Positions 52,879-62,629 of a stretch of 64,000 bases of DNA are shown one piece after another. A model generated the notes under the pieces. That model was not told where the DNA came from. It ran no database searches and saw only the letters and a program-made list of their open reading frames with translations. Location of the stretch: the NCBI GenBank assembly GCA_903896595.1, contig CAITYL010000021.1, forward strand, positions 852-64,851, given 5' to 3'. Numbering within the stretch: the first letter of the stretch is position 1; every line of letters begins with the position of its first letter. This DNA is from an uncultured Lentisphaerota bacterium. Lineage in GTDB: Bacteria; Verrucomicrobiota; Lentisphaeria; Oligosphaerales; CAITYL01. Made by a program: the position numbers and the translations under genes.

Positions 52879-55320
52879 ATGCAATCTCCACACGTTTTGG
52901 CCAAATTGCCCGCCCGCCACCCGCTCCGCGCCGCCCAATGGATCTGGCCGGAAGCGTACATGTACCTGTACAACCACTACGCCCAGTTCCGGCGCGACTT
53001 CGATTTGGCCAAAGTGCCCGCCAAGGCGCCGTTTTTCATTACCGCGGACAAGGCCTACCGGCTCTACGTCAACGGACGCTATGTCTGCCGCGGCCCGGCC
53101 CGCGGCTATCTGGCGCATTGGCCATTTGACGAGGTGGACCTGAAACCGTATTTGGTGGCCGGTCCCAACTGGATTGCGGTCGAAGGCTATACCCCCGGCA
53201 TCAGCACCTTTCAGTACCTGCACAAGACCAAGGCCGGCCTGTTGTGCGCCGCGCGCTGGGGCCGGTTTGAACTGGTTTCCGAGCCCAAGGGCTGGCAGAT
53301 GCGGCGCTCGTCCGCCCATACGACACGAACAGCACGGCTGTCCGTGCAGATGGATTTCCAGGAGCATGTTGACGCCCGGCTGGATGATCGTTCTTGGATC
53401 ACCAGCCCGCAATCGCCGGCCGGGTGGCAGGCGGCCATCTTCGACCTGCGGTACGGGCATAACATGATGAGCACGCCGTTCGGCCAGCCGCCCTATGACA
53501 GCGTCGAACCGCGCGGCATGCCGTTGCTGCGCGAAGAGGTGCGCCATCCCGCCGCCATCACCGCCCATGGCGAAGGCGTTTGCGGTGAGGGCTACCAGGC
53601 CTGGGACAATGTGTCCTGGGGCTGGGTGCGCGAAGGCCGGCAGGTGATGGCGTGGGGGGACGGGCGTGAGGTGCCAAACGGGGTTCGCGACGGCGCCTTG
53701 GAAGTGACGGTGGCGCCCACCGGCCCCGGCCGGTACCGCGCCATTACCTTTGACTTGGGTGAATGCTCGGTCGCCACCCTGATCGTGGCGGCCGATGGCG
53801 CGGCCGGCGGCGAGATCCTGGACTTTCAGACCTACCAGTGCCTGCGCGACGGCAAGCCGGCCTTTGTCGAGCCGGGCGACGGCTGCCTGGTCGCCTTGGC
53901 CAACCGGCTACGGCTGGCGCCGGGAACCACGCGGCATGAGTTTTTCCATATCTTGGGCGGCCGGCATGTGACTCTGATTGCCCGCGATGTCGTACAGCCG
54001 CTGACCGTGCGCCTGCAATACCGTTCGGTTGGTTATCCGTTCACCATGCGCGGCCGGTTTGCCTGCTCGGACGACACGCTCAACGGCATTCACGCCATTT
54101 CCCGCCGCACCCAGCAGATCTGCTCGCTGGACGCCTATGTGGACACGCCCTGGCGCGAACAGGCCCAGTGGTGGGGCGACGCTCGCGTCCAAGCGATGAA
54201 TACCTTCTATCTCGACGGCGATGCGCGCCTGTTCGCCCGCGGCATTCGTTCCATTGCCGGCCAGCGCGGGCCGCACGGCCTCGTCTACGGCCATGCCCCA
54301 ACTTCCTCCGGCTGGTGCATTCTACCCGACTTCTCGCTCACCTGGGTGCTGACGGTCTGGGACCATTACTGGCAGACCGGCGACCTCGCCGTGTTCAAGG
54401 AACAATGGCCGCGCATCCGCGACGTCCTCGGCTACTTCCAGACCCGCGAAGCACGCGCGCCCAGCGGTCTGTTGCGCTGTGACCGGCGCCTGTGGCTGTT
54501 CGAGGACTGGTCCACTCTGTACAAGGGCGAGATCCCGACCTTCCTCAATCTTTGGTATCTTCTGACCTTGCGGCAGTTGGCGGTGCTTTTGGACGCCGCT
54601 GGCAAGACCGCCGCCGCCGGCCAGTTCCGGACGCAGGCCGCCGCCCACGAGCGCCTTTGCCTGGCGTTGCTGTACCGCGAGGCGGATCAGGCCTTCATTG
54701 CCGGGCTCGACGAACACGGCGCGCCGGCGGCCGATGCCCCGTCCGTTCACGACCAGACCCTGGCACTCATGCTGGACTTGGTGCCCGCCGCCCATCCGGC
54801 CATGCTCGACCGGTACTTGTTGCCCTATCTCAAGGGCGAACCGGTGCCGGGGGCCAAACCCTCAGCCTTTTGGGCCGCCTATGTCCTGGCGGAAGCGGGC
54901 AAACGCGGGTATGCCGCGGCATGCACCGAGTTCATCCGCCGCCATTGGACGCCCATGCTGGCCACCGGCACCACCTGGGAAGACTTCAACTGGCAGGAAA
55001 CGGCCGGCAGTTCCTGCTGCCATGCCTGGACCAGCCATCCAAGCTGGCACCTGGTCAATCTGCTGGCCGGCATCCGCCAGACCGCGGCCGGCTGGGCCGC
55101 CGTCCAGGTGGCGCCACAGTTCATTCCGGGGTTGGACCAGGCCGAAGCGCTGGTGCCGTCACCCAGGGGCGACATCGCGGTGGCGTGGCGGCGAGAGGCC
55201 GGCCGCATCCGCGGCACGGTCACGCTGCCCCCCGGCGTCACCGCCAACCTTGACCTGCCGGGAAGCGGCGCCACGATGCTTACCCAACCGGGCGAGCATC
55301 CGTTCGACGTGGAGGCCTAA
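52879..55320 (+). CDS. alpha-L-rhamnosidase-like glycoside hydrolase (GH78)
   Basis: About 813 aa. AAQWIWPE...FRRDF...AYRLYVNGRYV N-terminal pattern. Six-hairpin region ending ...SSCCHAWTSHPSWHLVNLLAGIRQTAAGWAAVQVAPQ. ATG 52879 chosen (MQSPHV). Confidence 0.65.
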   Translation: MQSPHVLAKLPARHPLRAAQWIWPEAYMYLYNHYAQFRRDFDLAKVPAKAPFFITADKAYRLYVNGRYVCRGPARGYLAHWPFDEVDLKPYLVAGPNWIAVEGYTPGISTFQYLHKTKAGLLCAARWGRFELVSEPKGWQMRRSSAHTTRTARLSVQMDFQEHVDARLDDRSWITSPQSPAGWQAAIFDLRYGHNMMSTPFGQPPYDSVEPRGMPLLREEVRHPAAITAHGEGVCGEGYQAWDNVSWGWVREGRQVMAWGDGREVPNGVRDGALEVTVAPTGPGRYRAITFDLGECSVATLIVAADGAAGGEILDFQTYQCLRDGKPAFVEPGDGCLVALANRLRLAPGTTRHEFFHILGGRHVTLIARDVVQPLTVRLQYRSVGYPFTMRGRFACSDDTLNGIHAISRRTQQICSLDAYVDTPWREQAQWWGDARVQAMNTFYLDGDARLFARGIRSIAGQRGPHGLVYGHAPTSSGWCILPDFSLTWVLTVWDHYWQTGDLAVFKEQWPRIRDVLGYFQTREARAPSGLLRCDRRLWLFEDWSTLYKGEIPTFLNLWYLLTLRQLAVLLDAAGKTAAAGQFRTQAAAHERLCLALLYREADQAFIAGLDEHGAPAADAPSVHDQTLALMLDLVPAAHPAMLDRYLLPYLKGEPVPGAKPSAFWAAYVLAEAGKRGYAAACTEFIRRHWTPMLATGTTWEDFNWQETAGSSCCHAWTSHPSWHLVNLLAGIRQTAAGWAAVQVAPQFIPGLDQAEALVPSPRGDIAVAWRREAGRIRGTVTLPPGVTANLDLPGSGATMLTQPGEHPFDVEA

Positions 55321-55402
55321 CCTCAGAACTTTGCACTCACCGCACGAGATCGGCTGGCGGCGGGAAGCTGGGGGGTACACGCGGATGGAGACCGAATGGT
55401 TT

Positions 55403-55600
55403 TTGAGCCCCAACGGGGCGGTAGTAGCATAGCCCAGGGCAACGCCCTGGGTCCGGAAAATTAAGATAGCTTGCGCCCTGTAGGGGCAATGGAGATGCCC
55501 ATTCCCTTGCCCCTTCAGGGCGGCGAAAAAATGGGGAGGGGGAAGTTTCCCAGGGCGCTGCCCTGGGCTATTCTCCCCGGCCCCGTTGGGGCGAAAATCC
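55403..55600. repeat. repeat family A, copy 2 (inverted, lacks the ~40-bp centre)
   Basis: gagccccaacggggcgg...agcccagggcaacgccctggg...gccctgtaggggcaatgg / ...ccccttcagggcggc...cccagggcgctgccctgggct...ccccgttggggcg. Confidence 0.8.
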
Positions 55601-55666
55601 TAATCACGCGAGACCCTGGCGCCACCCGTTTGAGAAGCGCCGTTACGGTTTCGGATGCGGACGATT

Positions 55667-57370
55667 CTATTCGTCGCCGGCGGCTGGCACGATAATTCCT
55701 GTGGAAGGGGGGAAGCCGGCCGGCCGGACTTGGTAGAAGATCACGGCGGTCTCGGCAAAGGGCACGCCCGGCACCTTGAGCAGCCACGGCTCGTTGCCGG
55801 TGAGCCGGGGGCAGACCCGGCGAAAATCCTCGTCCACCACCAGCAGGGTGGCCTGGTGCCGGCGGAGGAGTTCCGCCACCTGCTCCGGAGTCAGGACGAA
55901 GGTGGACGGCAGCCGGCAATGATCCGCGGCGGCCCAATAGGCGTACTGCGGTGTGGTGGCGGCGATCACGGGCAGGCGCCCGTTTTGGATCTCTTTGATG
56001 TGGTAGTCCGGCCGCCGCGGCTGGTCCCCATCCTGGATCAGAGCCGCCCGGTGGTCGCCAATCCACTGCCCCACATCCCTAACGAAGAGCATGGGTTGGG
56101 GATGGATATAGCGGATCAGGCGCATGCCGTTCAGGTAATCAATGCCGCAGACCAGGACGGCCAGCACCACGAACAGCCTGGGATGCAGCCGGTCCAGCAC
56201 GGCCGTCTTGAGAAAGAAGGCGCCGGTCACCATCCACGGAATCATCAGCGGAATGGTGGGCGCGACATACCGCTTGATGATGAACTGGTTGCTGGCAAAG
56301 AGCGCGAGATTGAACAGGATCATGGCGGCCAGCAGTGCGTCCGTGGCATTCAGCCGGGGCGGCACCGGTGAAAAGCGGCTGCGGAAACGGCTGCCGCGCC
56401 AGAACAGGCCCAGCGCGGACAGGCTCAACCCCAGGAAAGTGAACCCCTTGTAGGTCTCCCGGACGCTCCGTTTCCAGGTGCGCTTGTCGCTTTCCTTAAA
56501 GTCCGGCCGCCAGGGCAATCCCGAAATCTCGTCCTGGGGCGTGGTCGGCGGCGGCGGCTTGGCCAGACCGGCCGCGGCCAAGGCCTTTTGCACCTTCACG
56601 GTCTGACGGTAATCGAGTGCGGGAATGCCGGTCAACGCGCGCACCTGCAGCAGGCGCGGCAGGCACAGGCACAGACAGACCGCCAGGGCCAGGAGGGTCA
56701 CACGGACGCCGCGCCACAGGGCGGTGGCCATGCCGCCGGCGCCGCGCCGCCAGGCGGCGTACAGCGGCCACCCCGCCGGCACGGCGAGCCAGGGCAGGGC
56801 CTGGAACACGCCCTCGCCCCGGCACAGGCTCAGGCCGGCCAGGCTGACGCCAAAGGCCAGGCCCCATTTCCAGGTCAGAACATTCTTGTGGAGGCCGGCC
56901 GGGGTCTCCCGCAGGCAGCGGACCAGCAGGGACGCCAGGCACAAGAGAAAGAACGTCTTCAGCGGGTCCAGCAGGCCGCTGGTCATAAACCGGATCAGGT
57001 GTGAATTCACCACATACAGCAGGCATCCCCAGCCCACCAGTTGCGGGGCCACCAACTGGCGCAACAGATTACGCAACGGCCACAGACTGGCGATGAAGAA
57101 AAACGCCGACACGCACTTGACGGCCGTGTAGGGTTCCATCCCCAGCCAGGCCAGCGGCCCGGCCAGCGCCACCATCAGCGGCGGCGTGTACGGGAAAAAG
57201 GCCAGGGTCCAATTCCCGGCGGCGAATTCCCGGGTTTCCCGCGCATAGAACCCCGCCACGTCTTTTGATAAATCAAGATTGAAGACAATGGCCACCCCGC
57301 AGGCGACCACCGCCAGTAGCAAGGCCAGCCGCCACAGCGACTCGGGGGAACCAAACGAAGATTTGCTCAT
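55667..57370 (-). CDS. polytopic membrane glycosyltransferase, GT39/ArnT (GT83)-like
   Basis: 567 aa. About 10 or more hydrophobic segments in the first ~400 aa followed by a soluble C-terminal domain, the architecture of PMT/ArnT-type lipid-linked-sugar transferases. Family inferred from topology and context only. Confidence 0.5.
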   Translation of the reverse strand: MSKSSFGSPESLWRLALLLAVVACGVAIVFNLDLSKDVAGFYARETREFAAGNWTLAFFPYTPPLMVALAGPLAWLGMEPYTAVKCVSAFFFIASLWPLRNLLRQLVAPQLVGWGCLLYVVNSHLIRFMTSGLLDPLKTFFLLCLASLLVRCLRETPAGLHKNVLTWKWGLAFGVSLAGLSLCRGEGVFQALPWLAVPAGWPLYAAWRRGAGGMATALWRGVRVTLLALAVCLCLCLPRLLQVRALTGIPALDYRQTVKVQKALAAAGLAKPPPPTTPQDEISGLPWRPDFKESDKRTWKRSVRETYKGFTFLGLSLSALGLFWRGSRFRSRFSPVPPRLNATDALLAAMILFNLALFASNQFIIKRYVAPTIPLMIPWMVTGAFFLKTAVLDRLHPRLFVVLAVLVCGIDYLNGMRLIRYIHPQPMLFVRDVGQWIGDHRAALIQDGDQPRRPDYHIKEIQNGRLPVIAATTPQYAYWAAADHCRLPSTFVLTPEQVAELLRRHQATLLVVDEDFRRVCPRLTGNEPWLLKVPGVPFAETAVIFYQVRPAGFPPSTGIIVPAAGDE

Positions 57371-57381
57371 GATTTAAGGAT

Positions 57382-57424
57382 GTACCGTTTTGGGAGTGCG
57401 GCAATTCCTTTGCCGCTTTTTATA
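57382..57424. repeat. repeat family F, copy 3
   Basis: gtaccgttttgggagtgcggcaattcctttgccgctttttata. Confidence 0.8.
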
Positions 57425-57589
57425 GGAACATTCAACATCGAACATTCAACGTCGAATAATCCTTTTGATTCAGTCGAAACACGTTTAAAGCACCTTCGAT
57501 TTATCTTCGTGCTCTTCGTGGCTTCGTGGTGAATCCAAATGCTTACGTGCTACAAGGTACTAGACTAACGGGAAATCACGCCTCACGTT

Positions 57590-58576
57590 TCACGTCGGAG
57601 TTGCCGCGCGCTGTTCCAGAATGTGGCGGAGCGTCTCGTCCAGACTGTAGGTGGTGCGCCAGCCGGCGTCCCGCAGAATTTTGCCGGCGTCCGGCACCCG
57701 CCGCTGCATGTCTTCAAAACCGGGGCCGTAGGCTTCCGTGTACGGCACCAGCTGAATGGGGGAGGCGCTGCCGGTCAGCGTCTTGATGCGCCGGGCCAGC
57801 TCCAACATGCTGATCTCCTCGCCGCCGCCGACATTGTAGAGCTGGCCGGGAGCCGATGGCAGGGTGATCAAGAGCTGCAGGGCGCGGATCACGTCCCGCA
57901 CATCGGTAAAGCACCGGCTTTGCAGGCCGTCGCCATAAACCGAAATCGGTTCGCCCGCCAGCGCCTGGTTGATGAAGCGCGGAATGACCATGCCGTATTG
58001 CCCGGTCTGCCGGGGGCCAACGGTGTTGAACAGCCGGAAACAGACGACCTCAAGGCCGTACTCCTGGTGGTAGGCAAACCCCAGGAACTCGTCGATCATC
58101 TTGCTGGCGGCGTAGGCCCAGCGGTTCTTCTTGGTGCTGCCCAGCAACACATCGTCGTCTTCCGCAAAGGGAATGCGGTACCCCTTGCCGTAAACCTCGG
58201 AGGTGCTGGCGAGCAGGACGCGGCGCCGGTAGCGCAACGCGGTCTGCAGCACCGCATGCGTGCCCATGATGTTGGTTTCAATGGTGTGGACCGGCCGCTC
58301 CACGATGAGTTTCACCCCCACGGCGGCGGCCAGGTGGACCACCGTGCCCGCCTCGGCGGTCAGCCGGTCGAGAACGATCGGGTCCATGACTGAGGCGCGG
58401 GCAAAATGGAAGCGCTCGTGGTCCAGCAACGGGCGGATGTTGTCGAGCGCGCCCGTCGACAGGTCGTCAAGGACGGTCACCCGGTGGCCCGCCTTCAGGA
58501 GCGCCTCCGCCAGGTGCGAGCCGATGAAGCCCGCGCCGCCGGTGATCAAAATATGTTCGGATTCAGATTGTTGCAT
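57590..58576 (-). CDS. NAD-dependent sugar-nucleotide epimerase/dehydratase (UDP-glucuronate decarboxylase / ArnA-C-like)
   Basis: ILITGGAGFIGSHL, STSEVYG and YAASK (YxxxK) are extended-SDR motifs. Confidence 0.85.
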   Translation of the reverse strand: MQQSESEHILITGGAGFIGSHLAEALLKAGHRVTVLDDLSTGALDNIRPLLDHERFHFARASVMDPIVLDRLTAEAGTVVHLAAAVGVKLIVERPVHTIETNIMGTHAVLQTALRYRRRVLLASTSEVYGKGYRIPFAEDDDVLLGSTKKNRWAYAASKMIDEFLGFAYHQEYGLEVVCFRLFNTVGPRQTGQYGMVIPRFINQALAGEPISVYGDGLQSRCFTDVRDVIRALQLLITLPSAPGQLYNVGGGEEISMLELARRIKTLTGSASPIQLVPYTEAYGPGFEDMQRRVPDAGKILRDAGWRTTYSLDETLRHILEQRAATPT

Positions 58577-58701
58577 GGTATTTTATATCCAGGCCTGGCC
58601 CACGGGGGCCGGTGACCGGGGCGGGGCCGGGTCCTGTTTCCCCGCCCTGGAAAACGTAGCCGTTGAGACGGGGGGTGGCAACCGGGGTGCGGATGGATTT
58701 T

Positions 58702-59832
58702 TTACCGGCGGCCCGCGGACTGCCGGTCCAGGACGTCCCGGTAAAGCTCCACGTAGTCCCCGTTGATCAGGTTCCAGTCGTAGCCCTTGGCGGTTTCCAG
58801 CGCCCGCTCGGACATCGCCTGCGCCTGGGCCGGGTCATCCAGCAGGGCGCTCGCCTGGCAGGCAAGTTCGGTGCAGTCACCCGGTGCCGCCAGCAGTCCG
58901 GTTTGTCCGGGGCGGACCAGCTCGGGGAGGCCCCCCACGCGGAAAGCGACCACCGGCACCCCGGCCGCCATGGCTTCCAAGGTGACCACGGAGAGCGCCT
59001 CGGAGCGCGAGCTGACCAGCAACAGGGCGGCGTGACGGAACCAGCGCGCCTTGTCCACCCCCAGTTGGAGGCCGAGGAAATCGACGGCATCCGTGATCCC
59101 CAGGGTGTCGGCCAGCCGGCGCGGCTCGCGGTCCGGCAGTCCCGCTTCTGCCCATTTTTCGGGGAATTCCTGCCCCATCAGGGCCAGGCGCATCTCCGGG
59201 TGGCGGGCATGCACCTGGGCAAAGGTCTCCAGCGCCAAGTCCGGCCCTTTGACAGGCAGGAGCCGGCCGGCGAACAGGACGTACGGGGCGGCGGCGGGGC
59301 GCTCCCGGCTGGCCTCCCCCGTAAACTCCGCGAGATCGGCGCCATTGTGGATGACCCGCAATTTGGCGGACGCCAGCCCCAGGTTGGTGAGCAGGTCGCC
59401 CTGGGCCGCCGAGATGGCAACGCCCCACGCGGCACGGTGGACGGTCCGGCGAATGCAAAAGCGCCCGAAACGGGTGACCTGACGGGCGTCGCCACCGTGC
59501 GAGGTGAAGACGAAGGGCACACCCGTAAGGCGGGAGAACAGGGCGGCGGCCCAACCTGCCGGTATGACGCCGTGGGCATGGACAAGGTCGAACCGGTGCC
59601 GCCGGTGATGGCACAACAACCCCCACAGCATGCCGTTCCAATTAAAGCCCGCCTTATGGTATTGCAATTGCCGATACGGTTGCGGTGCGGGCGGGGGTGC
59701 GTTCCGCTTCCGCCGGGTCAAGACCCAGGCCTGGTGTCCGGCCTGGACCTGTTTCCGCGCCAGCGTGTCGATCACGACCTCCATGCCGCCCATGTCTGGG
59801 AGGAAGGACGGGGTCAAGTGGCAGATCCGCAT
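58702..59832 (-). CDS. glycosyltransferase family 4 (GT-B, group 1)
   Basis: MRICHLTPSFLPDMGGMEV... and the C-terminal SRSEALSVVTLEAMAAGVPVVAFRVGGLPELV (E-x7-E region). ATG 59832 overlaps the stop of the upstream gene by 1 nt. Confidence 0.85.
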   Translation of the reverse strand: MRICHLTPSFLPDMGGMEVVIDTLARKQVQAGHQAWVLTRRKRNAPPPAPQPYRQLQYHKAGFNWNGMLWGLLCHHRRHRFDLVHAHGVIPAGWAAALFSRLTGVPFVFTSHGGDARQVTRFGRFCIRRTVHRAAWGVAISAAQGDLLTNLGLASAKLRVIHNGADLAEFTGEASRERPAAAPYVLFAGRLLPVKGPDLALETFAQVHARHPEMRLALMGQEFPEKWAEAGLPDREPRRLADTLGITDAVDFLGLQLGVDKARWFRHAALLLVSSRSEALSVVTLEAMAAGVPVVAFRVGGLPELVRPGQTGLLAAPGDCTELACQASALLDDPAQAQAMSERALETAKGYDWNLINGDYVELYRDVLDRQSAGRR

Positions 59833-61400
59833 CACTGGGCCACCGTCCAGGCGAGGATGTTGACCCCGAGCGCCAGCGCATCGGTGGGGTCGGGGCCAAG
59901 GCAGTACGGACAGGCCGCCAATTCCCAGCCGCAGGCCAGCCCCCAGGGCGAGTACAGCACCACCGGCTGGCCGTTGAGGGACAGGCACAGCAGCCGCGGC
60001 GGCACTTTGCCGCTGGCGCCGAGCGCCTTGGCCAAGGCGGGCCGGGGTTGAACCGCCGTCACGTTGTTGGGGTAATGGAACAATGGATGGCTGGCTGGGA
60101 GCGGGGTCAACTCGGCCTCGGGCAGCACCGCCTTGAGTTCACGGCGGAACGCCCGGTCAAACCCCGCACGGCCGCAGCAGGCTTCGGCCAGCAACAGGCC
60201 GCCACTGCGCAGATACCGGCGCAAGCCGGCGCGCTCGGCCGCGGTGAACGTGAAGTCATTATGGCCGGTAAGGTAAAGGAACGGCACATCAAAGAGACGG
60301 GGCGAATCCAACGCCAGGTCGTCAAAGGCGAAACGGACCGGCGTCTTGGTCTGTTCGTGAAAGCTGTTGAGGAGCATGGACAACCCGGCATCGCGAGTCC
60401 GCCACAAGCCGCCGTAGCGGGCCTGGGCGATCAGAAATTTTCCGGACTTGTCGGGGGACGCGTCAAGAAAGGCGAGCGCCTTGGAGAGCGGCACGGCGGC
60501 CTCGCGCTCGGCCGTGATATAGGCCATCAGATTGGCCCCCAAACTGCGGGCGGTGGGAATCGTGTACCCCAGACAGTGATGATGGTCCGAATCCGGCAGG
60601 TTGTCCCAGCCGCAACTGACGTCCCAGCGGAACAGGAAAACGGCGGTGCGGCAGCCGACGTCGACGCCGATGATGCCCGGATCACCGTCGTGGGCGCCGG
60701 CCTGGCGGGCGCCGTCGCGGAACTGGATCTGGTTGATATCCAAAAAACTGCGGAACAAGGGGTGGTCGGGCGGCAGACGGTACGGCGGGCGCTCGGGCAC
60801 GAGCTGATTCATCTCGCGCAGCGCCGACTCAACAAAGGCGCGCCGGCCGCAGCAGGCGTCAAAGACAATCGTGCCGCCCTGCAGCAAATAGGCGCGAAGA
60901 CGCTGGCGGACCGCCGGCGGAAACTCAAAGGCGTCATGCCCGGTGCGGTAGAGAACCGGCACCTCTTTGGCGCTGGCCGGCACCTGGTCCTGGGGCAGAT
61001 TGATGGCGCTGAAGTGGACCTTGAGATCCTGGGCCATCCAGCGCAGCAGATTGTCGGCGTCGCCGGGATTGGTGGCCCAATCGGCGCGGCTGGCGGTGGC
61101 GATCTTGGCGATCAGCACCGGCGGCCGCGGCGGGTTCTTCTTTTCGGTCCGGCGCAATGGCACGGCGGGCAGCGGCAGGGGCGGCAGCCCTTCGGCCCCG
61201 GAAAACTGGGCGGGCCGGGCCGGCGGCGGCTTGGGAACGCAGGTGAACTTGGTTTCCTGCTGGCTGGCATCGCTGTCCAGCCCAAGCCCGTCCAACAAGA
61301 CGGGCTCGCCCCCCTGGACCGGCACGGACAACGCCAGGACGGCCGCCAGAACAGCGAAAGCCACCGCGCCGCCAACCCGTGTAAAAGAAAGTGTAGTCAC
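59832..61400 (-). CDS. secreted protein with two tandem DUF4159 domains
   Basis: Two copies of the pattern ...PVLYRTGHDAFEFPPAVRQRLRAYLLQGGTIVFDACCGRRAF... and ...PFLYLTGHNDFTFTAAERAGLRRYLRSGGLLLAEACCGRAGFDRAFRRE.... Start assigned to GTG at 61400 (VTTLSFTRVGGAVAFAVLAAVLALSVPVQG, signal-peptide-like). The ORF-track extension to 61922 runs through repeat arrays. Confidence 0.7.
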   Translation of the reverse strand: MTTLSFTRVGGAVAFAVLAAVLALSVPVQGGEPVLLDGLGLDSDASQQETKFTCVPKPPPARPAQFSGAEGLPPLPLPAVPLRRTEKKNPPRPPVLIAKIATASRADWATNPGDADNLLRWMAQDLKVHFSAINLPQDQVPASAKEVPVLYRTGHDAFEFPPAVRQRLRAYLLQGGTIVFDACCGRRAFVESALREMNQLVPERPPYRLPPDHPLFRSFLDINQIQFRDGARQAGAHDGDPGIIGVDVGCRTAVFLFRWDVSCGWDNLPDSDHHHCLGYTIPTARSLGANLMAYITAEREAAVPLSKALAFLDASPDKSGKFLIAQARYGGLWRTRDAGLSMLLNSFHEQTKTPVRFAFDDLALDSPRLFDVPFLYLTGHNDFTFTAAERAGLRRYLRSGGLLLAEACCGRAGFDRAFRRELKAVLPEAELTPLPASHPLFHYPNNVTAVQPRPALAKALGASGKVPPRLLCLSLNGQPVVLYSPWGLACGWELAACPYCLGPDPTDALALGVNILAWTVAQ

Positions 61401-61506
61401 CCGAATAATATAGTAGGGCGCGTGGCCGGGCACGCGGCACACGATCTTGAGGGAGGTGCTGGGTACGGAGGTGCTGGGGACGGGTACACGGTGCAGGGGA
61501 CGGGTA

Positions 61507-61658
61507 CACGGAATCCGCACGGACAAGCACGGACCTACACGGACGAGCACGGACACACACGGACACACACGGACACACACGGACGGTGGCCGCACGGCCG
61601 GGCCCGCGCCAATTCCAGCCCGTCCGTGTGTGTCCGTGTAGGTCCGTGCAGGTCCGTC
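61507..61658. repeat. 10-nt periodic word palindrome, CACGGAC/GTCCGTG type
   Basis: Left arm ...cgcacggac aagcacggac ctacacggac gagcacggac acacacggac acacacggac acacacggac gg. Right arm cgtccgtgtgtgtccgtgtaggtccgtgcaggtccgtcgg. Preceded by a tandem ggggacgggtacacgg x2 (61476-61511). Confidence 0.9.
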
Positions 61659-61933
61659 GGGGTTTGTGGCCGGGGGCGCCCCCCTCGCCGTACAGGCGGT
61701 CGTTGGCGGCGGGGTGTAGCCGGCGGGGCGGGCAATGGCGTCGCTCGGGCAGCGCACCAGGCCTGTCTTCTTCTCGGAATAAGCGCCGAGCAGGGGGCGC
61801 TGGGGACGGGTACCATGGATCCATTGCGATCTTGGCGTGCTTGGCGAGAGAACGTTTTGGGGAGCGGCGGGAGGCACGCGCCAATCGGGAGATTGGCGTT
61901 CCCAGAAGAAGGCTTCCACCATGGCGGTGATCC

Positions 61934-62485
61934 TCAGCGCGACGGCAGGATGACGGTGATGATTTCCATGGGCACGGCGCCGGTGTTGGTGGCGCGGTGC
62001 AACTGGCCGGCCTTGATGTACCAGGCGTCGCCGGGACGCAGGTCCCAGCGGCCGACCTCCTGGATCTCCAGGCGCATGGCGTCGCCGGAAACCAGCCAGC
62101 CGGCCAGGTCATAGGGATGTTTCTCCCACTCGCTGTCGGTCTCCGTGGGCTGGATGACCTCGTGCAGCATCTCGACCTTGATGTCGTCCCGGACCGGCAG
62201 CAGGAACTTGTAGGTCCGGTGCTGGTCCTCGACCTTGCGCATGCGGTCGGCGGTGAACACCTGACCGGCGGCGCCGTCGGCGCCCCCGGCGAAGAAGGAG
62301 GCGAAGTCCACCCCCAATGCTTCCAGCAGCTTGTTGACGGTGGCCAGGGTCGGGCTGGTCTTGCCCGTCTCGATGGCCGACAGACTGGAGGCGGCCACGC
62401 CGGAGCGACGGCTCAGTTCCCGCAGGTTGATGTCCAGGCGGTGGCGCAGCAGTTTCAGTTGGCGGCCAAATTCTTCCGGACTCAT
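61934..62485 (-). CDS. XRE-family HTH plus cupin-domain transcriptional regulator
   Basis: LKLLRHRLDINLRELSRRSGVAASSLSAIETGKTSPTLATVNKLLEALGV (HTH_3) followed by a cupin beta-barrel (GDAWYIKAGQLHRATNTG). Confidence 0.85.
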   Translation of the reverse strand: MSPEEFGRQLKLLRHRLDINLRELSRRSGVAASSLSAIETGKTSPTLATVNKLLEALGVDFASFFAGGADGAAGQVFTADRMRKVEDQHRTYKFLLPVRDDIKVEMLHEVIQPTETDSEWEKHPYDLAGWLVSGDAMRLEIQEVGRWDLRPGDAWYIKAGQLHRATNTGAVPMEIITVILPSR

Positions 62486-62629
62486 CTGCCCGTGCTCCTT
62501 GTCGGTGCGAAACCGGCCCGATGGCCGATTTTGGCCGTACTATATCGCGTTGGTTGTTGCGCCGGTGCTCGATTGCGGTCGACCGCGGTCGATTGCAGCC
62601 GACCGCAATCGAAAGGGGTCTCGAACTTT

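Noticed and set aside
61507-61658. Possible CRISPR array (regularly spaced repeats)
   Set aside because: The units are only 9-10 nt with 3-4 variable nt, not 25-40-nt repeats with 30-nt spacers. The arrays are palindromic, and no cas genes are present.
59685-62114. 809-aa plus-strand ORF, and similar long ORFs at 61997-63832, 26649-28484, 16086-18017, 13773-15071 and 37270-38607
   Set aside because: All lie antisense to genes with strong motif support, or cross repeat arrays. Their Arg/Gly/Pro-rich sequences are typical of GC-driven spurious ORFs.
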